Origin: Torpedo marmorata
Lineage: Eukaryota
DNA: 64,000 nucleotides
Direction: 5' to 3'
Assembly: GCA_977017645.1 (NCBI GenBank)
Contig: OZ360229.1
Coordinates: forward strand, 29,140,001 to 29,204,000
Shown: in pieces, positions 1 through 13,449 of the stretch
How the letters are laid out: each line of letters opens with the position of its first letter
Numbering within the stretch: the first letter of the stretch is position 1
Notes under the pieces: generated by a model
The model's input: the letters and a program-made list of their open reading frames with translations, nothing else
The model's database searches: none
What the model was told of the DNA's origin: nothing
Position numbers and translations under genes: made by a program

Positions 1-3000
1 CTAATTTGTAAATATCTAAAAAAATGTCTATTAGTAAGATTAAATTTAACTACCAGTTGTTCAAAAGAAGCAAAGTTATCTCGAATAAAAAATCATTATA
101 ACTATGAATTCCCAATCTATACCATTCCTTAAATCCTGCGTCCAGCACAGACGGCTGAAAAAGGTGATTATTTATAATAGGACTAGCCAAAGAAAAACTA
201 TTAAAACCGATAAATTTTCTAAACTGAGCCCATATTCTCAACCTATATCTCAATAATGGATTATGAGTTAATTTGGATAAGGAAAATGGTAAAAAGGATC
301 CCAAAATTGCCAACATAGATGTTTTTTTTAAAAAACTTCAATTCCATTTCCACCCAGGAAGGGCGATTCTCTAACTTATCAAAATGCAATAATAAAAGCA
401 AATTACGAATATTAATCGCCCAATAATAAAATTTAAAATCTGGAAGTGATAACCCTCCATTTCTTTTAATCTTTTGAAGATGGGTTTTGTTTATGCGTGG
501 TTGTTTTCCCTGCCATATATAAGAAAGGACCAAATCTAATGAACTTAAAAAAAACTTTAGGAATAAAAATTGGTAAAGCTTGGAAAAGATACAGAAATTT
601 AGGCAAAATATTCATTTTAATCTAATTGATACGACCCAGAAATTCTTTCACTAAATTTTTATGACTTTTTGTAATTGTAATTCCTAAATATTGGAATTGA
701 TCATTCACTATTTTAAACGGAAAATTTGGGATAACTAACAAAAGGTCCCCTTAAAGGCAGTAATTCACTCTTATGTAAATTTAATTTGTAACCTGAAAAT
801 GGTCTAAATTGAGTAAACAAAGTTAATATATTTGGTATAGAGACCTCAGGATTTGAAATAAAAAGCAATAAATCATCTGCATAAAGAGATACTTTATGTT
901 CAATTCCACATCGAGTTATACCTTTAAATTCTCTACACTGTCGAAGAGCGACAGCTAGAGGTTCTAGTACTATATCAAAAAGCAGAGGACTTAACAGGCA
1001 ACCTTGGCGAGTTCCTCTATTGAGCCTGAACATATTTGATTGTTGTAAATTAGATAGAACTGAGGCCATAGGGCATGAATATAATAATTTGATCCATTTG
1101 ATAAAATCCGAACCAAAGTTAAATTTTTCTAAAATGGCAAATAAATACTCCCACTCCACCCGATCAAACGCTTTTTCAGCATCTAATGAAAGAACACATT
1201 CCGTCACTGGGATGGAGGGTAAATATAAAATGTTCAATAATCTATGAATGTTATAATAGGAATAACAATTTTTAATAAAACCACTCTGATCAGAGTCGAT
1301 AATTGGTAAAATATTTTCTAATCTGGATAAAATCTTCATATCCACATTAAGTAATGAAATGGGTCTATAAGATGTACATTCTGTTGGTTCTTTCCCTTTC
1401 TTAAGAATTAAGGGTATACTGGCCTCGTTGAATGATGCGGGAAGCTTCTGATCGTTAAATGAGTCACCCAATACCAAAGTGAGGTACAAGCAATTTGGAG
1501 AAAAATTTATAGAATTCTATAGGATATCCGTCTGGCCCTGGAGATTTACCAGACTGTAATGAGGAAATAGCCACAGCTATATCCTCCTGTGAAATAGGTT
1601 TCTCCAAACTTGCACGTTTATCTTGAGATAGTACCGGAAGATTCAGCTGATATAGAAATTCCGACATTGAAACATAATCATTGCCAAATTCAGACGTATA
1701 AAGGTTAGAATAAAATTCCTTAAAGGTCTCATTTATTTTAAAATAATCTGTTGTCATTTTACCATCCCTCATCCGAATTTTGTTTATTTGTTTTTTTAGC
1801 AGAAATTCCTTTTAATTGTCCAGCTAGCAATTTACTAGATTTTTCTCCATGAATATAAAAAAGACTTCTACTTCTTAACAATTGTTCAATTGGATAGGTA
1901 GAGAGAAGATCAAATTTAGTTTTAAGATCTACTCTTCTCTTATAAATAAATCTGGATTTTTATTTTGAGCAAATTGATTATCAATTTGCTTAATCTGATT
2001 AATTAAATCTAACCTTTCCTTGTTAGTCTTCTTCTTAATGTTAGCAGTATAAGAAATAATTTGTCCCCTTAAATATGCTTTCATTGTGTCCCAAACTATC
2101 AAATTAGACATCGTTTGGGAAGAGTTAGTAGCAAAAAAAAACGTTTTTGTTTCTCCATAAAATTTATGAATTCTTCATCTGCAAGGAGAGTAGTATTAAA
2201 TCTCCAATGTCTTTTTGTAAACGGAACATCATAAAGGTTCAAAGATAAAATAACTGGGGCATGATCAGATATACCGGTAACTATTCCTTGATATTCACAT
2301 GATTTAGTCATGGAAATTAATTGATTGTCAATTAAAAAATAATCGATCCTTGTATAAGAACGATGCACGTGGGATAGGAAAGAATATTCTCTGCTGCTAG
2401 GGTTTAAAAAACGCCAAACATCTGTGATACCATAATTCCATATAACCATATAACCATATAACAATTACAGCACGGAAACAGGCCATTAGGCCCTTCCAGT
2501 CCGCACCGAACCAAACATTCCTATCTAGTCCCACCTACCTGCACCCTGCCCATAACCCTCCACTTCCTTCTCATCCATATACTTGTCCAACTTTTTCTTA
2601 AATAATAAAATTGACTCTGCCGCCACTACTTCTCCCGGAAGCTCATTCCACACCGCTACCATTCTCTGAGTAAAGAAGTTTCCCCTCATGTTACCTCTAA
2701 ACCTCTGCCCCTTAACTCTTAGCTCATGTCCTCTTGTTTCAATCTCTCCTATTCTTAATGGAAATAGTCTATCCACATCCACTCTGTCTATCCCTTTCAT
2801 AATTTTAAATACCTCTATCAAATCCCCTCTCAACCTTCTACGCTCCAAAGAATAAAGACCTAATATGCTCAATCTCTCCTTGTACTCTAGATTCTTAAAC
2901 CCAGGTAACATTCTGGTAAACCTTCTCTGCACTCTCTCCACCTTGTTGATATCCTTCCTATAATTTGGCGACCAGAACTGCACACAGAACTCTAAATTAG

Positions 3001-4790
3001 GCCGCACCAAAGCCTTATATAATCTCAACATCACTTCCCAACTCCTATATTCTATGCAATGATTGATAAAGGCCAGCATACTAAAAGCCTTCTTCACCAC
3101 CCTATTCACATGAGTTTCCACCTTCAGGGAACGATGCACCGTTATTCCTAAATCTTTCTGCTCTTCTGTATTCATCAATGCTCTCCCATTTACTACATAT
3201 GTCCTGTTCTGATTCTTCTTACCAAAATGAAGCACCTCACACTTATCAGCATTAAACTCCATCTGCCATTTTTCAGCCCACTTTTCTAAGCAGCCCAAAT
3301 CCCTCTGCAATCCTTGAAAACCTTCTTCATTATCCACTATTCCACCTATCTTAGTATCATCTGCATATTTACTAATCCAGTTTACCACCCCATCATCTAG
3401 ATCATTGATATATATAACGAACAACAATGGGCCCAATACAGATCCCTGAGGCACACCGCTGGTCACCGGCCTCCAACCTGACAGACGATTATCCACTACC
3501 ACTCTCTGGCCTCTCCCTTCCAGCCAATGTTCAATCCATTTGACTATCTCAGAATTTATACCTAAAGACTGCACCTTCCTAACTAACCTTCCATGCGGAA
3601 CCTTATCGAAGGCCTTACTGAAGTCCATATAGACAACATCCACCACGCTACCCTCATCCACATTCCTAGTCACCTCTTCAAAAAATTCAATCAGATTGGT
3701 CAAACAGGACCTTCCGCTCACAAATCCGTGTTGAGAGTTCCTGATCAGACCCTGTCTATCCAGATATTTATAAGTACTATCTCTGAGAACTTTCTCCATT
3801 AATTTACCTACCACAGACGTCAAACTTACAGGCCGATAATTGCCAGGCTTCATCCTTGAACCCTTTTTAAATAACGGAACCACATGCGCAATACGCCAAT
3901 CCTCCGGCACTATCCCCATCTCTAATGACATTTGGAAAATCACCGTCAGAGCCTCTGCTATTTCTTCACTTACTTCTCTCAAGGTCCTGGGGAAGATCCC
4001 ATTGGGTCCCGGAGACTTATCCACCTTTATATGCCTCAAAAGCCCTAACACTACATCTTTCGTAATCCCTATATTCTCCATATTTACACAATTTGCTTTT
4101 TTTTTATCTGGCATATCTCAATATATAAAGGAATGTATTACTGCTGCGGATTTAGAAAGATTTGTTAATTTAAACAGCAGTTAAAATCACCTCCAAAAAT
4201 CAATGAATATTGATTTAAATCAGGTAAGACTGAAAATAAAAATTTCAAAAAATGCTTGTTCATCAATATTTGGGGTGTAAACATTTGCTAATACTACCAA
4301 TTTATTATATAGTTTCCCTATGAGAATAATATAACCACCTTGTTTGTCCAATATACTATTATGCAAAACAAATGGAATATTTTGATTAATTATTATCGAA
4401 AATCCTCTAATTTTAGCAGCAGAACAGGAGTGAAAACATTAATCTATCCTTGTCGGAATTCCTAATATGGGTTTCTTGAAAAAAAGCCACATCTGCTTTT
4501 AACTGTCTTAAATGTGCCATTACTCTACGCCGTTTGATTGGGCCATTCAAACCTTTAACATTCCATTAGACTATTTTGATCGGAGTTATTACCATTTAAT
4601 TAATTGTCTGGTAATTAATGACCCGAGAGCCGCTGCCCAACCCCAGAGACCACCACTTCTGAAATAAAGCACACAAAGCATATATCGGCAACCTTGTCCA
4701 ACCAACTAACTTAACAAACCCCCACTCCCGGCCCACCCCGAACTGAAGATCTCCCACCATGGTGGAGATCCGCACTGAAAAAAAAAAATA
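1..4790 (-). mobile_element. Degenerate L1/Tx1-like LINE ORF2 (endonuclease + RT), antisense in NUDC intron 1, interrupted by a CR1; runs off the left edge
   Basis: Minus-strand fragments in order: WNVKGLNGPIKRRRV (~4570), YTRIDYFL and SDHAPV (EN), KSPGPDG, SYRPISLLNVD, LDAEKAFDRVEW, RQGCLLSP, SLYADD, GGLSLPDF; many frameshifts and stops. Confidence 0.9.
2438..4122 (-). mobile_element. 5'-truncated CR1 LINE with uninterrupted 529-aa RT/C-terminal ORF (2525-4114)
   Basis: KSPGP, NYRPVSLTS, DFSKAFDKVPH, GVPQGSVLGP, KYADDTK, LERRRLRGDLIE; 3' UTR ends in a (TATGGTTA)n tail at ~2440-2460. Confidence 0.95.
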
Positions 4791-4799
4791 CCAATTGTA

Positions 4800-5010
4800 A
4801 TTGTGGGATAAATATTGGCTTGGGCACTGAAGAACCCCTCAGCTATTGTTGAAAACGTAATGGGAACTTTTACATCCTCCTAAGAGGGCAGAGAGGCCCT
4901 CACTTAAACATCTCACATGCTTTGGGCAGCACACCTTCAGGACTACTCTGGCAACAAGCATGAGGACGTGTCTCAGGAAAGGGACTTTTAAACCCATGGA
5001 CTCATCGGTG
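4800..5010 (-). mobile_element. Old DeuSINE/SacSINE-like SINE remnant
   Basis: GGATAAATATTGGC...ATGGGAACTTTTACATCC..AAGAGGGCAGA motif recalled from shark Deu-domain SINEs; a related copy lies at ~40490-40670. Confidence 0.45.
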
Positions 5011-5443
5011 TTGAATTCTTTGCTACGTGGGATGGCCTTAAATACTTTGGATATTAAGCCTGCCTGACTCTGAGCTGTTCTGTTTTCAGCAGCTAAATCT
5101 TGTTGAGTTGCAGTGTAACTGCTGGTAATGTTGGTATCACACAGTCTGAAGAAAATGTTTAATAATGTTCGATCTGGTCCACCAATTGCATGAAAGTAAA
5201 GCATAAAGTGTGACATCTGGCACAACGCATCTTATTGGCCAGTATACATGGCAAGCTGTGCTTTACTGCAGCTATACTCAACATAAAACATTTTAATATT
5301 TATCCATTTTCATGTGTTTATTTTTTGATGATTGTAATTCATTCTTACTGTATATATTTTATGTGAAAGAGTTCATCTGGTAGGTGCTGAGTAACTGCTT
5401 GACCAGAGAATGAATAAAAAGGGCTCTGTTTTTATTCTTGCAG

Positions 5444-5521
5444 CTTGTAGACACATTCTTCAGTTTCCTTAAGCGTAAAACGGACTTCTTCACTGGTGGG
5501 GAGCAAGGAGCAGCCGAAAAA
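5444..5521 (+). CDS. NUDC: NudC nuclear distribution protein, exon 2 ([26 protein letters not shown])
   Basis: tcttgcag acceptor, gtgagt donor, 78 nt; matches the NudC N-terminal domain. Confidence 0.96.
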
Positions 5522-5755
5522 GTGAGTAGAGGTTCTTCTTTGGTCAATGGGAGGTCGTACTATACCTCCATTTCTTTCCTTGTTGTTTTCCTCAGTGTAG
5601 GAGTGCAAACTAAGGAGAGAGACTGCTGGCGTGACACAAGGAAGCCTTCCCCCTCCCCCCCACCCCAAAAGGCCCCATCTACTATAGGGACTGCCTGGTG
5701 TCTCCCCAGTGGTCTGCTGGTGTAAAGTTTTTAACTGATCACATATTTTCTACAG

Positions 5756-5965
5756 TTGGTCACAGAGACATTCAAGCGCCACCAAAAGTTAGCAGTACAG
5801 GCTCAGATGGAGAAAGAGGTGAAGCGGGAAGCGGAGAAAAAGGAGAAAGCGGAGCGAGCACTGGTTACAGAGGCGAAGGAGAAGCTATGTTCTGAACCAA
5901 AGCAGCCGAAAATCAAAGAGCTAACTGATGAGGAGGCAAATAAATTGCAGAAGGAGATTGACCAG
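5756..5965 (+). CDS. NUDC: NUDC exon 3 (LVTETFKRHQK...PKIKELTDEEANKLQKEIDQ)
   Basis: ttctacag / gtgagt, 210 nt, in frame; conserved IKELTDEEA motif. Confidence 0.96.
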
Positions 5966-6059
5966 GTGAGTGCATCACAAAGACCAATCTCTGCTTGAAA
6001 CTTGGGCCAAGAGTACGAGCTCTTTTGGCAATTGGTTAAGAATATGGAATCGGGGAGTT

Positions 6060-7570
6060 GGGATAATGGTTACTTATTCAACTTTGCAGGCTGAGAAATT
6101 TCCAGATCATCTACACTGAGAGCCTTCCACAGGAGGAAACATTGCCTCTCAAGAACCCTCAGTGTCTTGTGTGTATCAATGGTGTCCCCTGTCACTCTTT
6201 TAAGCTCCTGTAGATACAGGTCTAGCCTAAACAACCTTTCCCCATTAGACAAGCTGCACATTTCAGGTATTTGTCTCGCAAACCTTTTCTCATATCGGCG
6301 GTGAGGGTTTTAATTTTCTTTTGCATTGAGCAGATGTCATCGGTACACCCAGACATTGAACGTTCTATCTCCCCAACGGTGTCTTTAATTTCTCTCAGTC
6401 TGGTGTCTATAAATGTTCTTTCGGCCTCGCGTTGTGTTTTTACAGTCTAGCGCTGACTTAAGGGCAGCCAGATCTTCAATATATGCTCTTATCTCCATTT
6501 TAATGGTCTCTACAATGTCTTTACAAAGTACAGTCAGCACTTCTAGCTTTAGACGCTCAAAGTCAGTTACCTGTTCTTCCTGGTCTGACAGAGAGCTTCC
6601 TGGTGAGACAGGATCAGGCAAGGCTGAGGATTCAGTCTGCGGGGTAGGCCTCTGTGGCTGTTGCATACTGACTCGACTTTTAGCCTTCTTGTTAGGCATT
6701 TTAACACTTAAAAATCCACCCCCGTTACTTCAATGCGTTGCCAACTATAAACAAATGGTAGAACACTACCTGGATTGCCGATAAATAGTACTTTATTAAT
6801 ACAATTCGCAGGGGCTCTGCAGGCTGTGACTTGTTCCATTAACCGCTCTCTCGCAAACCTTTTCTGAACTGTTCCAGTACATTAACATCCTTCCTTAAAT
6901 ATAGAATCAAATACTGCACACATTTGTTATTAATGTGGTCTCACCTGTGCCCTATATAATGAAGCATAATTTCTTGATTTCATATTTAATACCCTCAGCA
7001 ATAAATTATAATATCAGATTTACCAGTACCTATACTTGCTGTATCTGCAGCTTAGCCTCCTTTGAATCATGCACTAGGACACCAAGATCACTCTTGCTTG
7101 GAGGTCTGCAATATCTCGCCATTTCGATAATGTTCCCTTTTATTTTTCCTCTCGAAATGAACAATAACACATTATCCTACATTAGACTATTTTCCAGATG
7201 CTTGCTCTCTCAGTTAAATTATTTAACCTGATAGATGTATTGAAGAATCAAGGGTCTTGTGGGAATGAGAAGCTAAAGGAAACAAATATTAGCAAAACTA
7301 TCATTCCAGAGAAGTTAAGTGAACTTGAAAACTGATAGTTTCCAAGGACTTGATAATCTGTGTCTGAGAGTTTCAAAAGAGGTGGCTGTACAGGGAGTGG
7401 ATGCTTTCAACTTTTAGGACTCTTTAGATTCTGAAATTGTTTCTGTAGATTGGAGGGTAGCACAGATGACTCCACTATTTAAGAAAAGGGAGATTGAGAA
7501 GAACTGTGGTCTGTTAGCTTAATGTCAGTGGTGGGGAAATTGATGAAATCTCTCATAAAGGATGTCATTA
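6060..7570. mobile_element. Old CR1 fragments in mixed orientation, hosting an L1 5' fragment
   Basis: Degenerate CR1 ORF2/3' motifs, e.g. DWRVA..TPLFKKG at ~7448-7490. Confidence 0.6.
6291..6848 (-). mobile_element. L1-like 5' UTR plus ORF1 N-terminus only, flanked by 17-bp TSD
   Basis: TCTCGCAAACCTTTTCT at 6274-6290 and 6849-6865; ORF MPNKKAKS... coiled-coil-like, continuing after a frameshift as KDTVGEIERSMSGCTDDICSMQKKIKTLTADM, resembling fish L1 ORF1p. Confidence 0.75.
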
Positions 7571-8293
7571 CGGTATTACCTTGAATAGAATATGGAGCTC
7601 TGAGATGGATCATTTCTGATTGGCATTGGATTGGGGGGGGTGGGTCATAAAGATTGTTTGGTGAGTGGGTTCCTCGTGGAGGGGGACGTTGTGCTGGTGT
7701 TTTGTTAAATATAGCAGTGGTTGCTTGATTGGGTGATTGTTCTCAAGTGTGCATCATGGGAGAAGAGGGTTGTGTGTTTGTCTTGAAGTGTTGATGTCTA
7801 CCCCGGTTTATCTATGTTTGTGCATCTGCCTTCACCTCTGCAAATGTAACCTTTAAAAAATTAATGTTCATCTTGTAAATTGCTACTACTGTTCCTATAA
7901 GAAGCATGAATAAAGTGGCATAAGCTCAGGGCTATCTGGGTGGAGCTCCATGACTCTCCTGATATTTTATTTATAGATAAATGAACCACATTCTTACAAC
8001 TGGTGCTGGAACCTAGATGGGTACATCCTGGCTGCCTGTTGATGCACCCTTCACCTTCTCAATTTCTAATCTGGCCTTCGGGTAAATTTGTGACCTGAAA
8101 TTTGGTCCTTTAATTTATTTCATTTTTCATCCAGACGAGTGAAGCAATGCTCCTATTTGTTGAGGGTTGTCTTGGATCCACTTGCAAAACCTACCCATGT
8201 TTTTGAATCAGTTGCTGACATAAGTATTGAGGTTGTGGTTAACAACTTGTCAAGTGTGCTTTGTTGGTGACATTAACTGCATTTTTCATCTAG

Positions 8294-8371
8294 AAAAAGG
8301 AACAAGAAAGTGTTGGGGATGGAATTACGGCCAATGGGGAAAAGCCATTGGAAAACCAGGATTCAAAACAG
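8294..8371 (+). CDS. NUDC: NUDC exon 4 (KKEQESVGDGITANGEKPLENQDSKQ)
   Basis: tttcatctag / gtaatg, 78 nt, phase 0; KK...KQ ends match the variable NUDC exon 4. Confidence 0.88.
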
Positions 8372-8959
8372 GTAATGAGCAAGAGTTTCTGGGAGGGTGG
8401 GGGGAGGGGTTGTTAAATGAGTGTATCATTTAAAAAAAAAAAATTCACAAGTTTGAAGTTGAGTCCTTTCAATAATGGGATTTATATAATATGTCATCTC
8501 TCTATTAAAACTCTTCATGGATCATACAACTGGTCTTTCTTTGTGTGGACTCAAATAGCTGTTTGGGCTATCAAACCATAGAGAGGATCAGAGCTAGTGC
8601 ACTTTACATTTGAAGATATTGTACAAGTTGCATTATTTAATAATGTTCTAGGTTGGATGAGTGAAAGAAAAAAAAAGTTGGTGTTCTGATAACAATATCG
8701 GCAAAAGTAATTCTGAGTATATGACTGTGAACAGGACCATAGGTTGGTGTGAATAACCTTTCACTTTTTCTAAAGTGTGCCAGAGTCCATGTGGAAATCT
8801 GCTTCTTAAACATGTCTTATAGCATTTATCGTTGATAATACAATGAGGAAAATGCTGAAGTTGAGCATCCTGAGTATAGAACACTGACTGAGACTCCCTC
8901 TAAGTGAGTGTCAGGCTTCACCATGCTTTTTTTTTCCATCTTTGAGTTCAATTTTTAAA

Positions 8960-9085
8960 ACCTACCTTGAAGAAAGGCTCAGGCTATATATCTTTACCTC
9001 CTATGGATGCTACGAGACCTGCTGAGTTTATCCAGCATTTCTGTGTTTTTACTACAATCCAGCGTCTGCAGACTTTCGTGCTTCA
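8960..9085 (+). repeat. Penelope-like terminal repeat fragment
   Basis: CCTTGAAGAAAGGCTCAGG...GGATGCT..GAGACCTGCTGAGTT..TCCAGCATTT..CAGCGTCTGCAGAC; related copies at ~19920-20075, 25285-25395, 32870-33085, 50570-50690, 57040-57170, 62447-62589. Confidence 0.65.
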
Positions 9086-9353
9086 TCCCTCTTTTAAAAC
9101 TTTTAGTCTATTTAATTTATCTGGTTAAATGTTTAATTCTTAGTGTGGAAGCTGATAATTAGTTCAGCCTAGCTGGTGTTTGGGTGACTGCCCCAGTTAC
9201 TCTGTGAGCATGAACACTACAACTGAGATTCTTCTGCACATTTGATCTGTGACTTAGCAGCCATGTGTACTGTTGTGAAATGTTCTATGTACACTGAGGT
9301 AAAGTTAATGCTGCAACATAAAATGTGTCTTCTTGACCCCACACATTCCATAG

Positions 9354-9473
9354 GCTGAATCTGAATCTGAAGGTGAAGAGGATGAGAAGGATAAAGGGAA
9401 ATTGAAACCCAACTCTGGGAATGGTGCTGATCTGCCCAACTATCGGTGGACCCAGACCCTGTCTGAGGTGGAT
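9354..9473 (+). CDS. NUDC: NUDC exon 5 ([40 protein letters not shown])
   Basis: ttccatag / gtaagt, 120 nt; start of the CS/p23 domain. Confidence 0.97.
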
Positions 9474-9559
9474 GTAAGTGTCATTCATTTCCCACAGCAC
9501 ACTCGGGGGCAGCTAAGGCAGGAAATGATGCAACAGTGTTGTAAGGAGGTGATCTTCAG

Positions 9560-10460
9560 AATGAATGAATGAGTTTGTTGATATGTACCCAAGCACAATG
9601 TAGAGATGCCCTGAAATTTTTGCTTGCTGAAGCCACACAAAACACTTACAAATAACAAGTATAAATTAAATTACTACCTGAGGAAAAATAAAAGATAATA
9701 AATATAAAAGGATAAATATTCACAGTTCCAGTTCGTGCTAAAATTGTGATGTTACATTGGTGGAAATAGATCTTTGGTGGTCTTGGAGTAGTGTTCTGTT
9801 TAACGTACATGAAGTTCAAGAGCCTGATAGCTGTTGGGGAAAAAAAATGTTCTTGAACCTCGAGGTGCCTTCTGCCAAAAATTAATACAGTAAAAGTCCT
9901 AAAATCCGGACTGCTCGGGGATTGGGTCGGTCCGGATTTTTGGATATTCTGGATTCTCGGGCAGTACTTTTAAAATTCAAATTTAAGGAGAATAAACAGG
10001 TCAATTTTGATAGTTTATTAGAAACATTTTTTTCATATAAATTACAAAGTACAAAAAACAAATAAATATTTTTTTCTTGCATTTCCACAACTTTCGCATG
10101 GTCACTTGTTGCCGCTGTGCATCTGTGGCGCTTACGCATGCACGCACACAAAAACAAGAGTTTTCGAGAAGACCGGATTCTCGGGTGGTCCAGATTTCTG
10201 GCATCTGGATTTTTGGACTTTTACTGTAGTGAGAAGAGAGCATGACCAAGGTGATGGGGATCTTTTCTGAAGGCTGCCTTCTTCCTTACATAGATAACTT
10301 GAGTGTATGAGAGCTTATTGCCTGTGATGGGCATGGCTAGGTTTGCCACTTTCTGCAGCCTTTGCATTTCTGGACACTCGAGTTTCTTAATGAGGCCATG
10401 ATGCAACCAGTCAGTATACTTTCCATAGTACACCTGTAGAAGTTGGTCGTAATTTGGAGA
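9560..10460 (-). mobile_element. Rex1/Babar-like LINE 3' fragment interrupted by a MITE
   Basis: KDPHHLGHALFSL motif (ORF 10221-10475) as in the other Rex1 copies here. Confidence 0.6.
9888..10226. mobile_element. Tc1/mariner-pogo-type MITE
   Basis: TIRs CAGTAAAAGTCCTAAAATCC / GGATTTTTGGACTTTTACTG, TA on both sides. Confidence 0.85.
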
Positions 10461-10704
10461 GGGATTTTGATGCAAAGGTATGATTATAAACTGAAGGTAA
10501 TAAAATCTGAAATAAAATAATTTTTAAATTTACTTTTAGTGATTATGGAGCAGGATATTTCACAATGCATCATATGCTGTTACTCCCCTATTGAATTCCA
10601 AGTGGAAATAAATGAATTTTGGATACAGTGTAGGTTTGAGCAACACTAAAAGTTATGACTATTGCCCATTCCAACATTGTTAATCTCTTAGCGTGTATTC
10701 CCAG

Positions 10705-10899
10705 CTTCTAGTACCATTCCAAGTCAACTTCAGATTGAAGAGTCGGGATCTAATTGTGGAGATCCAAAGGCGTCACTTGAGGCTGGGTCTGAAAGGCCAC
10801 CCACCTGTAATTGACGGTGAGATGTTCAATGATGTGAAAGTGGAGGAAAGCTCATGGCTGCTGGAAGATGGAAGGAGTGTTAATGTACACCTGGAGAAG
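10705..10899 (+). CDS. NUDC: NUDC exon 6 ([12 protein letters not shown]...[22 protein letters not shown])
   Basis: ttcccag / gtgagc, 195 nt; CS domain. Confidence 0.97.
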
Positions 10900-10959
10900 G
10901 TGAGCTGGCATTGATGGAAGGCAAAATGAACCCTCGTCCATATTGTCTTTTGCGGGATG

Positions 10960-12245
10960 TACAAACAGAAAATAGGAGTAGGCTGCTTGGCTTTGCCATA
11001 CTCTGCCATTTCGTCAATCATGATTGATCCTTTATCTCAGTACCGTATACCTGCTCTCTCCCCGTACCCTTTGAAGATTTCTGTGACTAGAAGTTTCTCT
11101 TTCTTAAATATATTAAGAGACTTGGCCTCCACTGCCTTTTGGGGTAGAGAATTCCATTGGGTCACACTCTTCAAGTGCTCATCTCTGTGTTTTATCCTAA
11201 ATCTCTGATTTCCATCCCCATCCCAGCCAGGAGAAACATCCCCCTTGCATCCAGTCATGGTAGCCCTTTTATAATTTTGTACTTTTCAATGAAATTCCCT
11301 CTTGGCCTAAAACTCAAGTAAACACCAGCCTTGTCAATGCAGTCTCTCCTCGTATGAAAGTCTTGCCGTCCCTAGAACCAGATTGGTGAATGCTTGGTGC
11401 ATTTTCTCAATGGGAAGTATGTCCTTTATTTGGATATTGCACACAATACTCCAGGTGTGATCTCACTAAGCCATTCTGTACTCAAAACCATTTGCCACAA
11501 AGGCTATCCTACTACTTGTGTGTGTTTACTTTCAATGATTGATGAAGAAGGCCTCCCAGATATGTCAACATTTCCCAGTATATCACCATTTAAATAATAT
11601 GGTGCTGTTCTGTTTTTCCTATCAAATTGAATAATTTCACAGTTATCCACATTTACTGCATCTTTGTATATTTCCTCCCTCATTCAATTTGTTTAAATCA
11701 CCAATAAGCCTCATTGCATGCTCCTAGCAATTGCAATCCATGTCATTTTTGTCATTGACACTTAGAAATATATTTGGTTCCCACATCCAGACTATTGTGA
11801 ATAGTTGAGCCTAAGCAGTGATCTATGTAGTAACTACAAATCATTTCCTGACACCTGAAAAAGGCTATTTATTTCTCTTTATTTCCCACCCACCACTTTT
11901 CCATTCGTACCAGTATATTACCCCCTTTCCCATGTAATTTAGTTTTGGACACTAACCTCTTTTGTTGGACTTTAATAAATTCTTTCTAAAAATCCAAACA
12001 CACCGCATTTTCTGGTTCGCCTCTATTTATTCTACCTTGTTTCCTTAAAAAAAACTTGTGGGTTTTATAAATATAACCGTCCAATTATAAATCCATGTTG
12101 ACTTCGTCTAATGCCATTGATATTTGTTGTGTCTTCTTACCACATCCTTGATAATGCTTTAACCATTTCCCTACAGGCTAACTGGTCTGTAATTCTCTGT
12201 TGTCTCTCTCTGTCTCCTTTTTTTTCCAAATAATGGTGTTACATT
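10960..12245 (-). mobile_element. Degenerate CR1 LINE
   Basis: WNSLPQKAVEAKSLNIFKKE...KGYGERAG C-terminal motif plus upstream RT remnants. Confidence 0.7.
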
Positions 12246-12445
12246 TGTGCATAACCAGAACATATTGTTAAATTACTTCTTGGCTATGTGATTACAGGTA
12301 GCGTGCACTGTTTTTTTAAAGAATCTTCCTTCTGTAAATAAGGGTGGATTAAGCTTCTGGGTCTGCGTGAGGGTTACAGACCCATCCCCACATTGTATGT
12401 GATGTTTACACTGAGATCCATGTTTTGTTAGTGATGCCTAACTGA

Positions 12446-12733
<288 letters not shown>

Positions 12734-13449
12734 TAACATGTTATTATTTGAGCCTGTTGATTATATATAGATTCCAGGCCACAGCTTTTGCCTTTTTTTC
12801 TGTGGATTTAATAATCTTATTACTGTCTACTGCACTGAATTAGTGTGTATAGGTAACCCCAATTTTGATGAATTGCTCATTAAAGTTCAGAAAGGTGGAG
12901 CACATCAAAGGTGAAACCCTTGCATCACATTTGCAACTGTAAATAATTATATTGTTTTATTTGAGACCTGTGGAGATTAGAACAGATTATAAGCACTATG
13001 AATGATTCTGCATACATCAGGTACAGCATCTTTACTTCTTAGACCAGTCTCATCATCCTGGTTTTGGATACCCCTTATTTAATTTCACTCTAATCTGTCA
13101 TCTTCACTATTTCACAAATACCTTGTACTCTGCTCATTATTCTTTCCCATTATCTTCCCTATTTTCCATCTCCCCAATGATGTAATGTAATCATTGGCCT
13201 CAAAGGGCTGTTCTGTTTGTCTCCTCTTGACAATTACTATCTCATCCTTGTGTTTAAATCCCTTCATAGTCTTTTCTCATTCCCTTGAACTCAGTTCACA
13301 TTTTAAAATAAAAATCTCCCCCCCCACCCCATCATCCCTTTAATCTCATTATTGATAAAGTTCTTCCAACTACCTAGGCATCATCAGAATTCCTTCCATA
13401 AACCCTTTCTCCTTTTTAAGATCACTCTTAAAACCTGCATCTTAGCTCA

